A stretch of DNA of 64,000 nt. Source: a candidate division WOR-3 bacterium (GTDB taxonomy: Bacteria > Hydrothermota > Tepidihabitantia > Tepidihabitantales > Tepidihabitantaceae). The DNA is taken from NCBI GenBank assembly GCA_037441285.1, contig JBBISL010000004.1:61470-125469 (forward strand). The letters run 5' to 3'. A program made the translations under genes and the position numbers. The notes below the pieces were generated by a model. The model was not told the DNA's origin. It ran no database searches and was given only the letters and a program-made list of their open reading frames with translations. Shown piece after piece: positions 1 through 9,601 of the stretch; the first letter of the stretch is position 1, and each line of letters starts with the position of its first letter.

Positions 1-835
1 GCAAAACCCCTGCCCCGAGGATAAAAGAACCGGGCAAAACCTGACTGTGCTTGGGACTAAATAGCATCCTTACCAAATGAGGTACCACCAACCCAATAAA
101 ACTTATCGCACCAGTCCAGGCAACAATCAATCCAACCGCAACCGACCCGATAAGAAAAACCATTTTCGTCATTCGCTGCACCTCAACACCTAAACTCAGT
201 GCCGTCTCTTCGTTCAGGGAAATGATATCCAGCTCTCGGCTGTGAATCACCAACCAGATACATCCCGCTAATGCAAAACTGGCGGATAGGATAAAAAGCC
301 CCAATGACTTTCGGGTAAAAACCACCCCCAAACTTCCCATCATCAGGTAAACCGCTTCGCCCAGAGACCGGTGGGCGATAACCATCACCAGCATCACTAA
401 ACTGGAAAAGAAAAAACTAACAATAACTCCTGCTAAAACCAGTCGGATAACAGTTAAACCACCCCGGCTTCGAGAAAGCACATAGACCACGCCAATCGCC
501 AGAATTGCTCCCGAGAAAGCAAAAATCGGCAAAAGTATACTGGACCCGGTACCAGAAACGAGGGCAAAAGTCGCGCCCAGCGCGGCGCCGCTGGCGACAC
601 CAAGCGTCCAGGGGTCAACAAGTGGATTACGGAGAAGTCCTTGAAACGCGCCCCCCACAACCGCAAGCACCCCACCCGCAATAATCCCAACTAAAACGCG
701 GGGCAATCGAAAAAGTAGAATCTGATTGAATTGCCTAAAAGAAAAACCGCCGGGTCCGGTCAAAATTGAGAGCACAACACTTAAAATCAATAAAAGAACT
801 ATGCCAATCCAGTTCAATCGTGCCTTGGAGCGCAT
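1..835 (-). CDS. FecCD/BtuC-family iron/cobalamin ABC transporter permease (3' end runs off the window; not in the ORF track)
   Basis: Manual translation from ATG at 835: MRSKARLNWIG...LFRLPRVLVGIIAGGVLAVVGGAFQGLLRNPLVDPWTLGVASGAALG...EETALSLGVEV...GAISFIGLVVPHLVR, which are FecCD motifs. The ATG overlaps the TGA of the upstream binding-protein gene. Confidence 0.92.
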   Translation of the reverse strand, partial: MRSKARLNWIGIVLLLILSVVLSILTGPGGFSFRQFNQILLFRLPRVLVGIIAGGVLAVVGGAFQGLLRNPLVDPWTLGVASGAALGATFALVSGTGSSILLPIFAFSGAILAIGVVYVLSRSRGGLTVIRLVLAGVIVSFFFSSLVMLVMVIAHRSLGEAVYLMMGSLGVVFTRKSLGLFILSASFALAGCIWLVIHSRELDIISLNEETALSLGVEVQRMTKMVFLIGSVAVGLIVAWTGAISFIGLVVPHLVRMLFSPKHSQVLPGSFILGAGVL

Positions 836-1677
836 CAGTGAAATTTATCCGGATGTAGCAATCGAGCAAGCAAAACTATTCCATCAACTACCCTGGGACC
901 GGGACGGAAAAAAAGGTCTTCATCCAGACCGGAATATACTCTGCCTGAACATACCGCCTTTATGCTCGACCAGCCTATCCGCTGTTTAATCTCCCCCTCA
1001 CTCACTAACGGATGAAGCAACAGGATAACATCCGGATTTGCCTTTGCCACCAATTCCGGGTCAACAACCGGATAAGGTGTATTGAAATCTTCAAACACAT
1101 TTTGCCCGCCGGCGCGGTGAATGATGTCGTTGATAAATGCACCCTTACCGACACTCATCAATGGCGCAACCGAAATTTCCACATAAACCTTCGGTTTATC
1201 CGAAAAGGTCGGCAGCGAATCCAGCCGCCGACGCAAATCTGACACCAATCTCCTTGCCTCTTCGGTTCGGCCCAGTATGACGCCTACCGACTCAATTTCG
1301 GCAAAGACCCCTTCAATGTCTTGGGGATGAGATACATATACCGGTATCCTTAACTCTCTCAACCGCTCAATAAGTTGCCGGTGCATCGGTACAGTAGTAA
1401 AAACAATATCGGGCTTCAACGCTAAAATTCGCTCAATGTCGGGCGATTGAAAATCACCCACTTTAATTTTCTCTCTCGCTCGCAACGGGAAATCACACTG
1501 ATTTGTTGTACCAGAGAGCATTTCCTCTGCTCCTATGGCATAAATTATTTCCGTAATACTGGGCACAAGCGAAACACAGCGCAATTTCTTCTCGGTTGTT
1601 AAGCTACGTTTCCGAGAACCACAACTAACCACTGTCAGCAAAAAAAGGAGTAGAATGCAATGGAAAAATACTCGCAA
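835..1677 (-). CDS. BtuF-like cobalamin/iron ABC transporter substrate-binding lipoprotein
   Basis: VSLVPSITEIIYAIG, PDIERILALKPD and RPGPRVVDG motifs; lipobox VVSC. Start placed at TTG 1677 because the track start at 1773 overlaps trmI. Confidence 0.88.
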   Translation of the reverse strand: MRVFFHCILLLFLLTVVSCGSRKRSLTTEKKLRCVSLVPSITEIIYAIGAEEMLSGTTNQCDFPLRAREKIKVGDFQSPDIERILALKPDIVFTTVPMHRQLIERLRELRIPVYVSHPQDIEGVFAEIESVGVILGRTEEARRLVSDLRRRLDSLPTFSDKPKVYVEISVAPLMSVGKGAFINDIIHRAGGQNVFEDFNTPYPVVDPELVAKANPDVILLLHPLVSEGEIKQRIGWSSIKAVCSGRVYSGLDEDLFFRPGPRVVDGIVLLARLLHPDKFH

Positions 1678-1714
1678 ACTGACACCTCGAAACGAGTTTT
1701 CTACTATTATTATC

Positions 1715-2512
1715 TCACACCTCACCTGTCGCATTTTCTTCTTCCGGGATTGTGGCTTTATGGGCGAACACAAGATAAGCAGTATGGGCGACCATTCTAT
1801 CTACCGGCCTAATTCCGGTCTCACGTAAAAACAATCCCCGTTCCAGAATCTCTTTTGCTCGAATTCGAACAAATCCTTCTGCACCCAGTGCCGTATTTAA
1901 CCGCCGCAACTGTTCCACAGTTGGAACCAGAGCAGCCAGAGCATAACCGTTTTTCAAAGACTCTCTTGATGGTTTGACCAGCGTCCAAGGTTCGGGCACA
2001 TCAAGGAAAACCGCGTCAACTTCCTTTTGTTGAAATCCCTTCTCGGCCGGGTCTGAAACAAAAAACTCACAAATTCCTTGAAGCCCGTAACGCAGGACAT
2101 TCTCCCGGGCAAGAGCGCTAAATTCTGGTCTTCGTTCGTATGAATAAACTCGACCCTGAGGGCCTACAAAAGTAGCGAGAACTACCGTCAGCCCCCCGGA
2201 GCCAGAACCAACTTCAATCACCTGCGCGCCCGGAAATACCAGTGTTTGCAAAAGCATAAAACCGGTGTCTTTGGGATAAACGACCGTAGTTTTTCTTTTG
2301 ACCTTTAATAACAGGTCAGCGAGGGTCGGCTTCAAAATATAAAATCGCGTGCCCATTTGTGTTTCTACCCAATCACCGTACTGTTTTCCCACAATATCTT
2401 TGAACTCGATATTTCCGCGATGGGTAGAAAACTTCCCCTTTTCCTCAACTCTAATAAGAAATTTCATATCCTCGGAATGGTAAAGCAAAATAAAATCACC
2501 GATTTTAATCAT
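1715..2512 (-). CDS. trmI: tRNA (adenine58-N1)-methyltransferase
   Basis: KRKTTVVYPKD, EVGSGSGGLT, YSYERR, AVFLDVPEPW and MVAHTAYL motifs of the GCD14/TrmI family. Confidence 0.92.
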   Translation of the reverse strand: MIKIGDFILLYHSEDMKFLIRVEEKGKFSTHRGNIEFKDIVGKQYGDWVETQMGTRFYILKPTLADLLLKVKRKTTVVYPKDTGFMLLQTLVFPGAQVIEVGSGSGGLTVVLATFVGPQGRVYSYERRPEFSALARENVLRYGLQGICEFFVSDPAEKGFQQKEVDAVFLDVPEPWTLVKPSRESLKNGYALAALVPTVEQLRRLNTALGAEGFVRIRAKEILERGLFLRETGIRPVDRMVAHTAYLVFAHKATIPEEENATGEV

Positions 2513-2518
2513 TGACTG

Positions 2519-2546
2519 ATTGTAAAACTTTGTATCAACAGGTCAA
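2519..2546 (-). promoter_or_regulatory. sigma70-type promoter of trmI (TTGACC-N16-TACAAT), 6 nt before the ATG
   Basis: Read directly on the minus strand; no SD sequence. Confidence 0.7.
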
Positions 2547-2590
2547 GTTAACCCGCAACCTCTTCCCAATCATTGAACTCCGCTGTATCC

Positions 2591-2618
2591 TTGACTTTTC
2601 TATCATTGCGAATATCAT
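2591..2618 (+). promoter_or_regulatory. sigma70-type promoter (TTGACT-N16-TATCAT), 7 nt before GTG 2626
   Basis: Read directly; divergent from the trmI promoter. Confidence 0.65.
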
Positions 2619-2625
2619 CCTATCG

Positions 2626-3921
2626 GTGTGCATAATATTAGCGGTTTTGCTTTTTTCTGAAGCAACGACTTTAATTTCCCCGCCCTTTTCCCATACTCTC
2701 GGATTTACCCGAATCAGTAGCTTTTACCTCAATATGTATCTCGGTAAAGATTTTCGGGTTGATAATCCTCAGGGATTAGCCTGTGCCAAAATCAAAGAAG
2801 AGGAAGATACGACAACCTGGCGCGATGATGCACTGTTAACACTATTTGCGGTCAATTCCAACACCGGTCAAATTGTTTATAATGTAAAACTAATTCGCCC
2901 CGGTATTTTTGGTTCCACGGGCAATGGTATTGGTCAATTCCACCACCCCCATGGCATTGCCTGTAATGAAAACGGAGATGTTTACGTTGCCGACACCGAC
3001 AACAACCGTTTGGTCCGGTTACGTTACACTGGCGGAAAACTGCACTGGATTACCGTAGTTGATTCAACCCTCAATCTTCCTTATGATGTTACAATGGATT
3101 CGCAAGGGCGAGTATATGTTACCGATATGGGCAATGACCGAATAGTGGTTTATGGACCAGACAACACCCGAATCGCCACATATACTCCGGGTCTGAAAAA
3201 ACCGAGCGCAATCGCTATTCTTGACCACAATGCACCTTTTAACGAAACCGGTTTAGACCTTCTGGTTGTCGTGGACAATTGGGGCACCAGAGTCAATCAA
3301 CTGTCAACTTCCGGAGAAATCGTGCGTTCGGTTGATTGCCGCCGTATCGGGTTAGATAGCGCTTGTTTTGCTTACTGTGCATTTGACCGTCATGGTAATG
3401 TTTATGTAACCGATATGATAAATTCGCAAATTCACATTTTTGCCTCTGGTTTAAAATACATCGTTTCTTTCGGTCGCACTTCTTCGAGCAACTCCGACCA
3501 GCCTATTTTTAATGCACCGCGGGGCATTGCCATCGGCAGAAAATTTGGCCAGTTATTCGTCAGTGAAGCAGATGGCGGTCAGTACTATTTAATTGCACTC
3601 GATGGATATCTCATCGGCTGCTACCCGGAGCAGTTTAAATCTGAACAACCCGGCACTACCATCGCCCTCTACCTTACACAGCGTGCCGAAATTGTTATCG
3701 AAATTAGTGATGCTCAAGGTAATATCGTTCGAACCCTTACACCTCCTTATCAACAGGGACCGGGTGAAGTACTTATCGTCTGGGACGGCAGAGATAATAA
3801 CGGCAACATTGTACCGGAAGGTGAATATCTTATAAAAACAACCATCCGCCCAACCTATTCCCGCCCCAGATACACCCTTAAAAAAGAGTTTGTTACCCGG
3901 GTCGTGCGTTTACCGGGATAA
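2626..3921 (+). CDS. Secreted NHL-repeat beta-propeller protein with C-terminal FlgD-Ig (CTD-like) domain
   Basis: NHL repeats (FHHPHGIACNENGDVYVADTDNNR; LNLPYDVTMDSQGRVYVTDMGNDR) and a WDGRDNNGNIVPEGEY tail. Start reassigned to GTG 2626 from the promoter position and the hydrophobic N-terminus. Confidence 0.8.
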   Translation: MCIILAVLLFSEATTLISPPFSHTLGFTRISSFYLNMYLGKDFRVDNPQGLACAKIKEEEDTTTWRDDALLTLFAVNSNTGQIVYNVKLIRPGIFGSTGNGIGQFHHPHGIACNENGDVYVADTDNNRLVRLRYTGGKLHWITVVDSTLNLPYDVTMDSQGRVYVTDMGNDRIVVYGPDNTRIATYTPGLKKPSAIAILDHNAPFNETGLDLLVVVDNWGTRVNQLSTSGEIVRSVDCRRIGLDSACFAYCAFDRHGNVYVTDMINSQIHIFASGLKYIVSFGRTSSSNSDQPIFNAPRGIAIGRKFGQLFVSEADGGQYYLIALDGYLIGCYPEQFKSEQPGTTIALYLTQRAEIVIEISDAQGNIVRTLTPPYQQGPGEVLIVWDGRDNNGNIVPEGEYLIKTTIRPTYSRPRYTLKKEFVTRVVRLPG

Positions 3922-3939
3922 CTTTAAGGAGGCAGCTTA

Positions 3940-4869
3940 ATGATAAAGAAATTAGCCCAGCTAACCGCTCTTATATTGTTCTCCACCACCTGGGCAACGA
4001 AGTACGCCGGCGACTTTGAGGAGTTGGGAACATCGGCACGCGCCATTGGTATGGGCGGTGCGGTCGTTGCCAGTGCCAGCGATCCCAGTGCTATCTACTA
4101 TAACCCATCGCTACCTTCTCGTCTTAGGAGCCGTTCAGTTCTGCTAATGCACTCCGAAGACTTTTCCGGCCTGGTAAAACACAATTTCATTGGCGTTAGT
4201 TTCCCGGATGGTTGTCAGGCTTTCGGCATCGCCATCCTGCACAATGGCATACCAGGGATAAAACTCACTAAACTACCCGACTCAACCCAGGAACCCGGTG
4301 AAAATAACCGACCTTATGTTGATAAAATTGTTAACGCCAACCAAATTGTCGGATATTTCAACTACGCTCGCAATCTGTCCCCCTATTTTGCGATTGGCGG
4401 TAACGCCAAAATAATCTATCAGGAACTGGGAGGCGTAGGTTCCTGCTTTGGCATGGGCATTGACTTCGGTTTGGTAGTGACAACATTACAGAGTATTGAT
4501 ATCGGTTTCCGGGTAAGAAATGTTAGCGCCTCTCCCCTCTTCTGGGACACAAAAACCAGGGAATATATCACTCCGCGGGCTGCCTTTGGTATCGGCAAAC
4601 TATTTCAATTCGGGCGCAACCGCCTTCGTCTGGCAGTTGAAATAGAAAGCGACTTCGAAGAAAGAACAATGTTTTCCAACTGGGGAATGGAATATGCATT
4701 TCGTGAAGCACTTTTCGGGCGCATAGGCTTGTACCGCAACAATTTCAGTTTCGGACTGGGATTTAGATTCAAGCGTTTTCATCTCGACTATGGCTACGCC
4801 ACCGGCACAGCGCCTGAGTCAAGAGAGTTGGGTACACCCCAGCAGATTTCAGGAGGTGTCGAGTTTTAG
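3940..4869 (+). CDS. PorV/PorQ (UPF0164)-family outer-membrane beta-barrel
   Basis: Signal peptide, SARAIGMGGA...DPSAIYYNPS motif, amphipathic strands, C-terminal Phe; AAGGAGG SD. Confidence 0.82.
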   Translation: MIKKLAQLTALILFSTTWATKYAGDFEELGTSARAIGMGGAVVASASDPSAIYYNPSLPSRLRSRSVLLMHSEDFSGLVKHNFIGVSFPDGCQAFGIAILHNGIPGIKLTKLPDSTQEPGENNRPYVDKIVNANQIVGYFNYARNLSPYFAIGGNAKIIYQELGGVGSCFGMGIDFGLVVTTLQSIDIGFRVRNVSASPLFWDTKTREYITPRAAFGIGKLFQFGRNRLRLAVEIESDFEERTMFSNWGMEYAFREALFGRIGLYRNNFSFGLGFRFKRFHLDYGYATGTAPESRELGTPQQISGGVEF

Positions 4870-5462
4870 GCCCGGAGCTTGGCAGAAAATTAGCGCACCT
4901 TATCGCCCTTGTTATACCGTTGGCTTATTATGCAATTCCTAATCGGAATCTTTCGCTTGTCTTAATGGCAGTTGCCACGGCGATATTCCTTATCGTCGAC
5001 CTGCTTCGTCTCCGTCTTAATCCATTTAAAGATATATTTATTATTCTCTTTGGTTCATTGTTGCGCCGGAAGGAATTCTCCTCGTTAACAGGTGGAAGTT
5101 ACCTTATGGTCGCAGCACTTGTTGCAATGTTACTCTTCGGAAGCAATAAGGGCGTTTTTATTGCCGCCCTGTCTTTTCTGGCCATCGGCGACACGGTTGC
5201 CGCGCTCGTTGGACTTTCTTTTGGTAAAATTAAGGTATTTCGAAAAACCCTTGAAGGTACTATTGCCGGATTATTTGCCTGTATTGCTGTCGCCGTCGCG
5301 GTCTCTTTTCTTCCTGGTATTGACATGCCGCTATTTATTGGTATCATTGGTGCGATATCCGCTTCAGCTGTTGAAGCTTTGCCGTTTGAAATAAACGACA
5401 ATGTCGTTGTCCCGCTTTTCTCCGGGACAGTGATGATGATTGCAATACAGATTCTCCACTGA
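4863..5462 (+). CDS. SEC59/DGK1/VTE5-like (dolichol/phytol kinase, CTP-transferase family) membrane protein; start uncertain
   Basis: ELGRKLAHL, LAIGDTVAALVG, KTLEG and INDNVVVP motifs. The reading frame is open upstream of the track start at 4920. Confidence 0.8.
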   Translation, partial: VLGPELGRKLAHLIALVIPLAYYAIPNRNLSLVLMAVATAIFLIVDLLRLRLNPFKDIFIILFGSLLRRKEFSSLTGGSYLMVAALVAMLLFGSNKGVFIAALSFLAIGDTVAALVGLSFGKIKVFRKTLEGTIAGLFACIAVAVAVSFLPGIDMPLFIGIIGAISASAVEALPFEINDNVVVPLFSGTVMMIAIQILH

Positions 5463-5518
5463 AGCGGAATGATGGTGAAGTTCACAAATAACTTAAAATT
5501 AAAAAGGAGGACAGATAT

Positions 5519-8047
5519 ATGAAGAAATATTGCACCATTATCCTGCTCGGAATAACAATTTGTCTCGGGGCTAAGACAACTTTTCCAGAACTGGACAGTA
5601 TCTACTTCTACTACGCAGAGCAGGATTACGATAAAGCGTATACGCTGCTGACAAAACTTAGCGGTCAAAAGTTAACTCCGCAGCAGCATTTTGCCCTGAT
5701 GCTCGAGCTCGGCGACTACTACCTTGATAAAATTCACGACTACCATCGTGCCGAATCAATCTACCAGCAACTAATCAAACAGTATCCCAAGCACACCCGA
5801 TTGCCCGATGTGCTATACCGCCTTGCCCTTGCCCAGGAACTTCAGGAAAAATTCCTTGACGCCGCCAAAAATTACGAGCAGGTAGCAACAAAACACTTTA
5901 AATCTGCCTACGGACCGGAGGCACTCGATGCGATTGAACGGTGCTTCCGGAAGAATTACCAGGAACGGGTTGCATATGTCAATGGTTTTCCGATTACTCG
6001 TATTGAACTTGATGACCGGATCAGTCGCAACCCCTCGCTCTATGAAACCTTCGACAAGAAGATGGCATTACTTGATACGATGATTGACAATCGTCTGCTT
6101 TATGAAGCCGCCGTGTCCCAGGGAATGGAGAAAGAACCGATGTTGGTCCGCAGTATCACAGATACCCGGAACCGATTGATGTTTCAAACCTGGTACGAGC
6201 GTTATGTCACCGGCAAAGCTGAGCCCAGCGAGAAGGAATTAAAGAAGCTCTACCGCAAAAATCGTTCAAAGTACACAATACCGGAAAAAATCCGTGCCTA
6301 TCAACTTGTCGTCACATCTAAACCCCTTGCCGATTCGCTCCGCGCACTCCTGATTACCGACGCAACAAAATGGGATACCCTGGTAAAATTTTATTCAATT
6401 GCACCGGATAAAGAAAAAGCGGGCGACCTGGGATTTTTTACTCGTGGTGTGCAACAAAAGGATATTGAACAAATCGCTTTCAAGCTTAAACCGGGTGAAA
6501 TCAGCCAGCCGTTAGCAATCAGAGACACTTACTATATAATTCGTGTAACCGAAAAGGAGCCCCGTAAAGTCAAACCTTTCGATGAAGTAAAAAGCCAGAT
6601 AGCCGTTGAACTGCGTCAGGACCGGACGAACCGACTTTACGAGCAGGAAATTGACCGCTTGAAAAAAAACAGCCAGATTGTTCAGGATAGCCTCGCAATT
6701 GAGCAGAACAAAGAAACATTAGCGGTAATCAATGGTGTTCCGATAACCCAGGAACATCTCGAACAACGCCTCAACGCAATTCCGCCCTTCTTCCGGGGGC
6801 AGTTTGAAACACCGGAAGGCAAGCGCCGCATTCTTGACCAATTAATCGTGGAAAAACTGCTGCTCCGGGAATGTGAAAAAGAAAAACTCTGGCTTGCGAA
6901 CCGGGTAATCGACCAAATCATCAATCGCAAAACCGCCCTGCTCATCGATGCCTATCGCCGTAAACATACAACCGAAAAAATTCAAATCGATTCGCTTACC
7001 CTGATGCAGGAGTATCGGGCAACATTAAATGATTTCAAAGAACCCACTCGCGTCCGTTGCCGCGAGATAGTTGCTCGTACCAAAGAAAAAGCCGAACAGC
7101 TGCGCAAATGGGCCACCTCGGGCCGGATTCCGGAACTCGTCAGCGGAATAGCCTTGCTTGTGAATGACGAAGAAAAAGCTCGTGAACTTTCCGGAATACT
7201 CGCTCAAACCACGAATACCGATTCAATAATTGCGCTCGGTGCACTTGCTGACCCCAGTGTTCGCATTTCTGGAACACCCCTCCAGAACATTTCGGGCCAC
7301 GATGTTGTTGACTTATCCCAACCCTGTCAGCTCACCGGACCGTTCTCGGCTGCAAGTTTCTACGCTTTTGCCTTCACCGACATCTCCCGTCAAGATAAAC
7401 TTTATGAGCCGCTACTCATTACCGTTACCAACACCGAGCAGCTGCAATCCCTCCTGAAGGAAAATCCCCCACCGTTCACGCTCGGAATCATCGACTCCAC
7501 CCGTTTGGGTACTTATGTTCGTCTTACCAATTCACTTCCAACCCGGTTTGTTAATGAGCTCTTCACCCTGGAAACAGGTAGTGTTTCTCCTATTTATAAA
7601 ACTGCTAACGGTTACCTAATTGCTAAAGTAACGAAAAAAGACACCTCTCAGAAAGTGGACTTCGTAGAGCTTATTCGCCGTTTCTCAACCTCGGGTAGTA
7701 AATGGGCTGGTGGCGAGATTTCCCTTACCCGCGATGACAAATCCCGGGATAAAAAAATCGTTGATGCTGCCTACTCTCTTAATAAAGGAGCCTACTCGTC
7801 CGTTATACGACTCAATGACACTACCTACACATTTATTAAAGTGGAAGAAAAGAAGCCGGCTTATACTCGTCCATTTTCTGAGGTGCGCAGCAAAATAGAA
7901 AACAAACTCCGGCGCCAACAGGAAAAAGAGCTCTACGAGCAACTACTTAAAGAACTACGCGCAAAGGCTAAAATTGAAATCTTGATGAAAAAGGAAGATT
8001 TCGAACCTGGAGAACCGATAACACCCCCTGAACAACAGAATAAATAA
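5519..8047 (+). CDS. TPR plus multi-parvulin (PpiC/SurA/PrsA-like) periplasmic foldase
   Basis: Signal peptide, BamD-like TPRs (YQQLIKQYP), two SurA-N-like modules (AYVNGFPIT, AVINGVPIT) and a parvulin motif AGDLGFF...AFKLKPGEISQP. Confidence 0.85.
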   Translation: MKKYCTIILLGITICLGAKTTFPELDSIYFYYAEQDYDKAYTLLTKLSGQKLTPQQHFALMLELGDYYLDKIHDYHRAESIYQQLIKQYPKHTRLPDVLYRLALAQELQEKFLDAAKNYEQVATKHFKSAYGPEALDAIERCFRKNYQERVAYVNGFPITRIELDDRISRNPSLYETFDKKMALLDTMIDNRLLYEAAVSQGMEKEPMLVRSITDTRNRLMFQTWYERYVTGKAEPSEKELKKLYRKNRSKYTIPEKIRAYQLVVTSKPLADSLRALLITDATKWDTLVKFYSIAPDKEKAGDLGFFTRGVQQKDIEQIAFKLKPGEISQPLAIRDTYYIIRVTEKEPRKVKPFDEVKSQIAVELRQDRTNRLYEQEIDRLKKNSQIVQDSLAIEQNKETLAVINGVPITQEHLEQRLNAIPPFFRGQFETPEGKRRILDQLIVEKLLLRECEKEKLWLANRVIDQIINRKTALLIDAYRRKHTTEKIQIDSLTLMQEYRATLNDFKEPTRVRCREIVARTKEKAEQLRKWATSGRIPELVSGIALLVNDEEKARELSGILAQTTNTDSIIALGALADPSVRISGTPLQNISGHDVVDLSQPCQLTGPFSAASFYAFAFTDISRQDKLYEPLLITVTNTEQLQSLLKENPPPFTLGIIDSTRLGTYVRLTNSLPTRFVNELFTLETGSVSPIYKTANGYLIAKVTKKDTSQKVDFVELIRRFSTSGSKWAGGEISLTRDDKSRDKKIVDAAYSLNKGAYSSVIRLNDTTYTFIKVEEKKPAYTRPFSEVRSKIENKLRRQQEKELYEQLLKELRAKAKIEILMKKEDFEPGEPITPPEQQNK

Positions 8048-8062
8048 ATAACCCCTAACATT

Positions 8063-8099
8063 AAGGCGGGGTAACAATTGCTGGTTACTCCGCCTTTTT
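8063..8099. terminator. Intrinsic terminator between convergent genes, probably bidirectional
   Basis: AAGGCGGGGTAAC-loop-GTTACTCCGCCTT followed by a T run. Confidence 0.8.
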
Positions 8100-8103
8100 A
8101 TTC

Positions 8104-9519
8104 TCAGTTAAACCCCAGAATTTTTATACCAATCTTTTTTACTAAACTCAACACCTCTGCCTGACGGCTCAACTCCCCTTCCGCAAGTTTCAAACGCAGG
8201 GCATTGGCGGGAAATTCCCCAAAAGTAGCATCAACTGGTATCCAACGGTCAAGATAAACTTCATTCCAGGCATGGTAGTAAAATGCACCATCAAGATAAA
8301 CTAAACCAACAACAACTTTTGACGGAATACCGGCAGCTCGAGCCAGAGCGGCGTAAAGCACCGAATGCTCATTACAATCACCTTTGAGACTCTTCAGAAC
8401 ATCTAAAGCATTGGGCAGAGAAGCAACCGCTTCTTTCTTTAACGTTCGGTGTACCCAATACAAAATATGTTCCGCGGCAATCGCGGCATCATCGGTTCCG
8501 GCGATAATCTCGGCCGCCTTTCTCTTAATCGGTTCGGCATCAGCCTGGACCGAAACCGTTGGCTTAAGAAACTCCGTCTCCGCCTTAACCGGTAGTCTTA
8601 CACCCCGTGCATTGGAGGGAATTACAATCTCAAGGCGCAATGGACTTTTTGTTACTACCCGTTGATAAGTGCCGTTAAGGTCAAACTCTGCCGTATCGAG
8701 CCCAGTAACCTCCAAAACAACCCTTTTTACCCCTGCCGGCTGGCGAATCACCGTATCTACCGGCACCGCAAAAAGTCGCAGTAAATCAACAGGGTAACCA
8801 GATTCTCCAGTTAGCGCCTCTTTCTCTGTAACCCGGTAAGAGTTCAACCCCATTGGAGACTCTTCCTTAACTGTCATGCCATTCCTATCCAACCAGGTAG
8901 TAACCTCAGTTTTTGCCCGTTTTACTCTCACCTTTAATACCGGAATCTCCTTGTCATTTGATTTTAGAATCTCGTGCCCCAAAACGGTAACAATTGCTGG
9001 TAATGTATCCATTACGGTGCCGTCAAAAGTCAAATAATTCAATGTCATAGCGGAGTCGGGCTTTGACTCAACAATTACCCGGCCCAGGGCTTCAATTGGA
9101 TAAAGTTGTCGGCTCAGTTTAACCCGCTGACCAGCTCTTGTTCCTTCACCGCTCAATATCAACCAGCCATCCTTGACCGTTCCGGCGGCTTTAAATGCGC
9201 CGTCTTGCGAACCCAGTTCAAATTGGAACGAGCGCATGGTCCAATCGGTATTGGTAATGACCTGAGAACGGACACTTACCTGCTGGACTTTACCCAGCAT
9301 ACTTATGGTCATTCTCATAATGTTGTCGAATCTATACCCGTCTGTAATCTGATTATATTTCGTCACTGCCCAACCTACTTTCTTGCCCATCAGATATGTT
9401 GCCAGCCAAACACCGTCTGAATCGTTACCCGCATTTGTAAGAGCCATATTTTTTCTATCCGACTTACCACCACAGGCAAGAATTAAGGCAAAAAATAAAA
9501 CCAAAATTCCTTTCTTCAT
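8104..9519 (-). CDS. Transglutaminase-like domain lipoprotein
   Basis: Lipobox LILAC; Cys-His-Asp triad motifs GDCNEH, YHAWNEV and PVDATF. Confidence 0.88.
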   Translation of the reverse strand: MKKGILVLFFALILACGGKSDRKNMALTNAGNDSDGVWLATYLMGKKVGWAVTKYNQITDGYRFDNIMRMTISMLGKVQQVSVRSQVITNTDWTMRSFQFELGSQDGAFKAAGTVKDGWLILSGEGTRAGQRVKLSRQLYPIEALGRVIVESKPDSAMTLNYLTFDGTVMDTLPAIVTVLGHEILKSNDKEIPVLKVRVKRAKTEVTTWLDRNGMTVKEESPMGLNSYRVTEKEALTGESGYPVDLLRLFAVPVDTVIRQPAGVKRVVLEVTGLDTAEFDLNGTYQRVVTKSPLRLEIVIPSNARGVRLPVKAETEFLKPTVSVQADAEPIKRKAAEIIAGTDDAAIAAEHILYWVHRTLKKEAVASLPNALDVLKSLKGDCNEHSVLYAALARAAGIPSKVVVGLVYLDGAFYYHAWNEVYLDRWIPVDATFGEFPANALRLKLAEGELSRQAEVLSLVKKIGIKILGFN

Positions 9520-9525
9520 AGCTTA

Positions 9526-9553
9526 AACTTAACAAGTAATCAATTCATGTCAA
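9526..9553 (-). promoter_or_regulatory. sigma70-type promoter (TTGACA-N16-TAAGTT), 6 nt before ATG 9519
   Basis: Read directly on the minus strand; no SD sequence. Confidence 0.7.
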
Positions 9554-9565
9554 CAGGTTCTGGTA

Positions 9566-9594
9566 TTGACTTTACCATTTAGTTATTTTACAAT
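9566..9594 (+). promoter_or_regulatory. sigma70-type promoter of tRNA-Leu (TTGACT-N17-TACAAT)
   Basis: Near-consensus boxes ending 7 nt before the tRNA. Confidence 0.75.
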
Positions 9595-9601
9595 TTCGTG
9601 C

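Noticed and set aside
2512..2625. Track N-terminal extension of the NHL protein
   Set aside because: It overlaps the two divergent promoters; GTG 2626 fits the promoter and signal peptide better.
7124..7654. Insert in the PPIase as an intein
   Set aside because: No N-terminal Cys/Ser with C-terminal His-Asn splice motifs; the insert looks parvulin-like.
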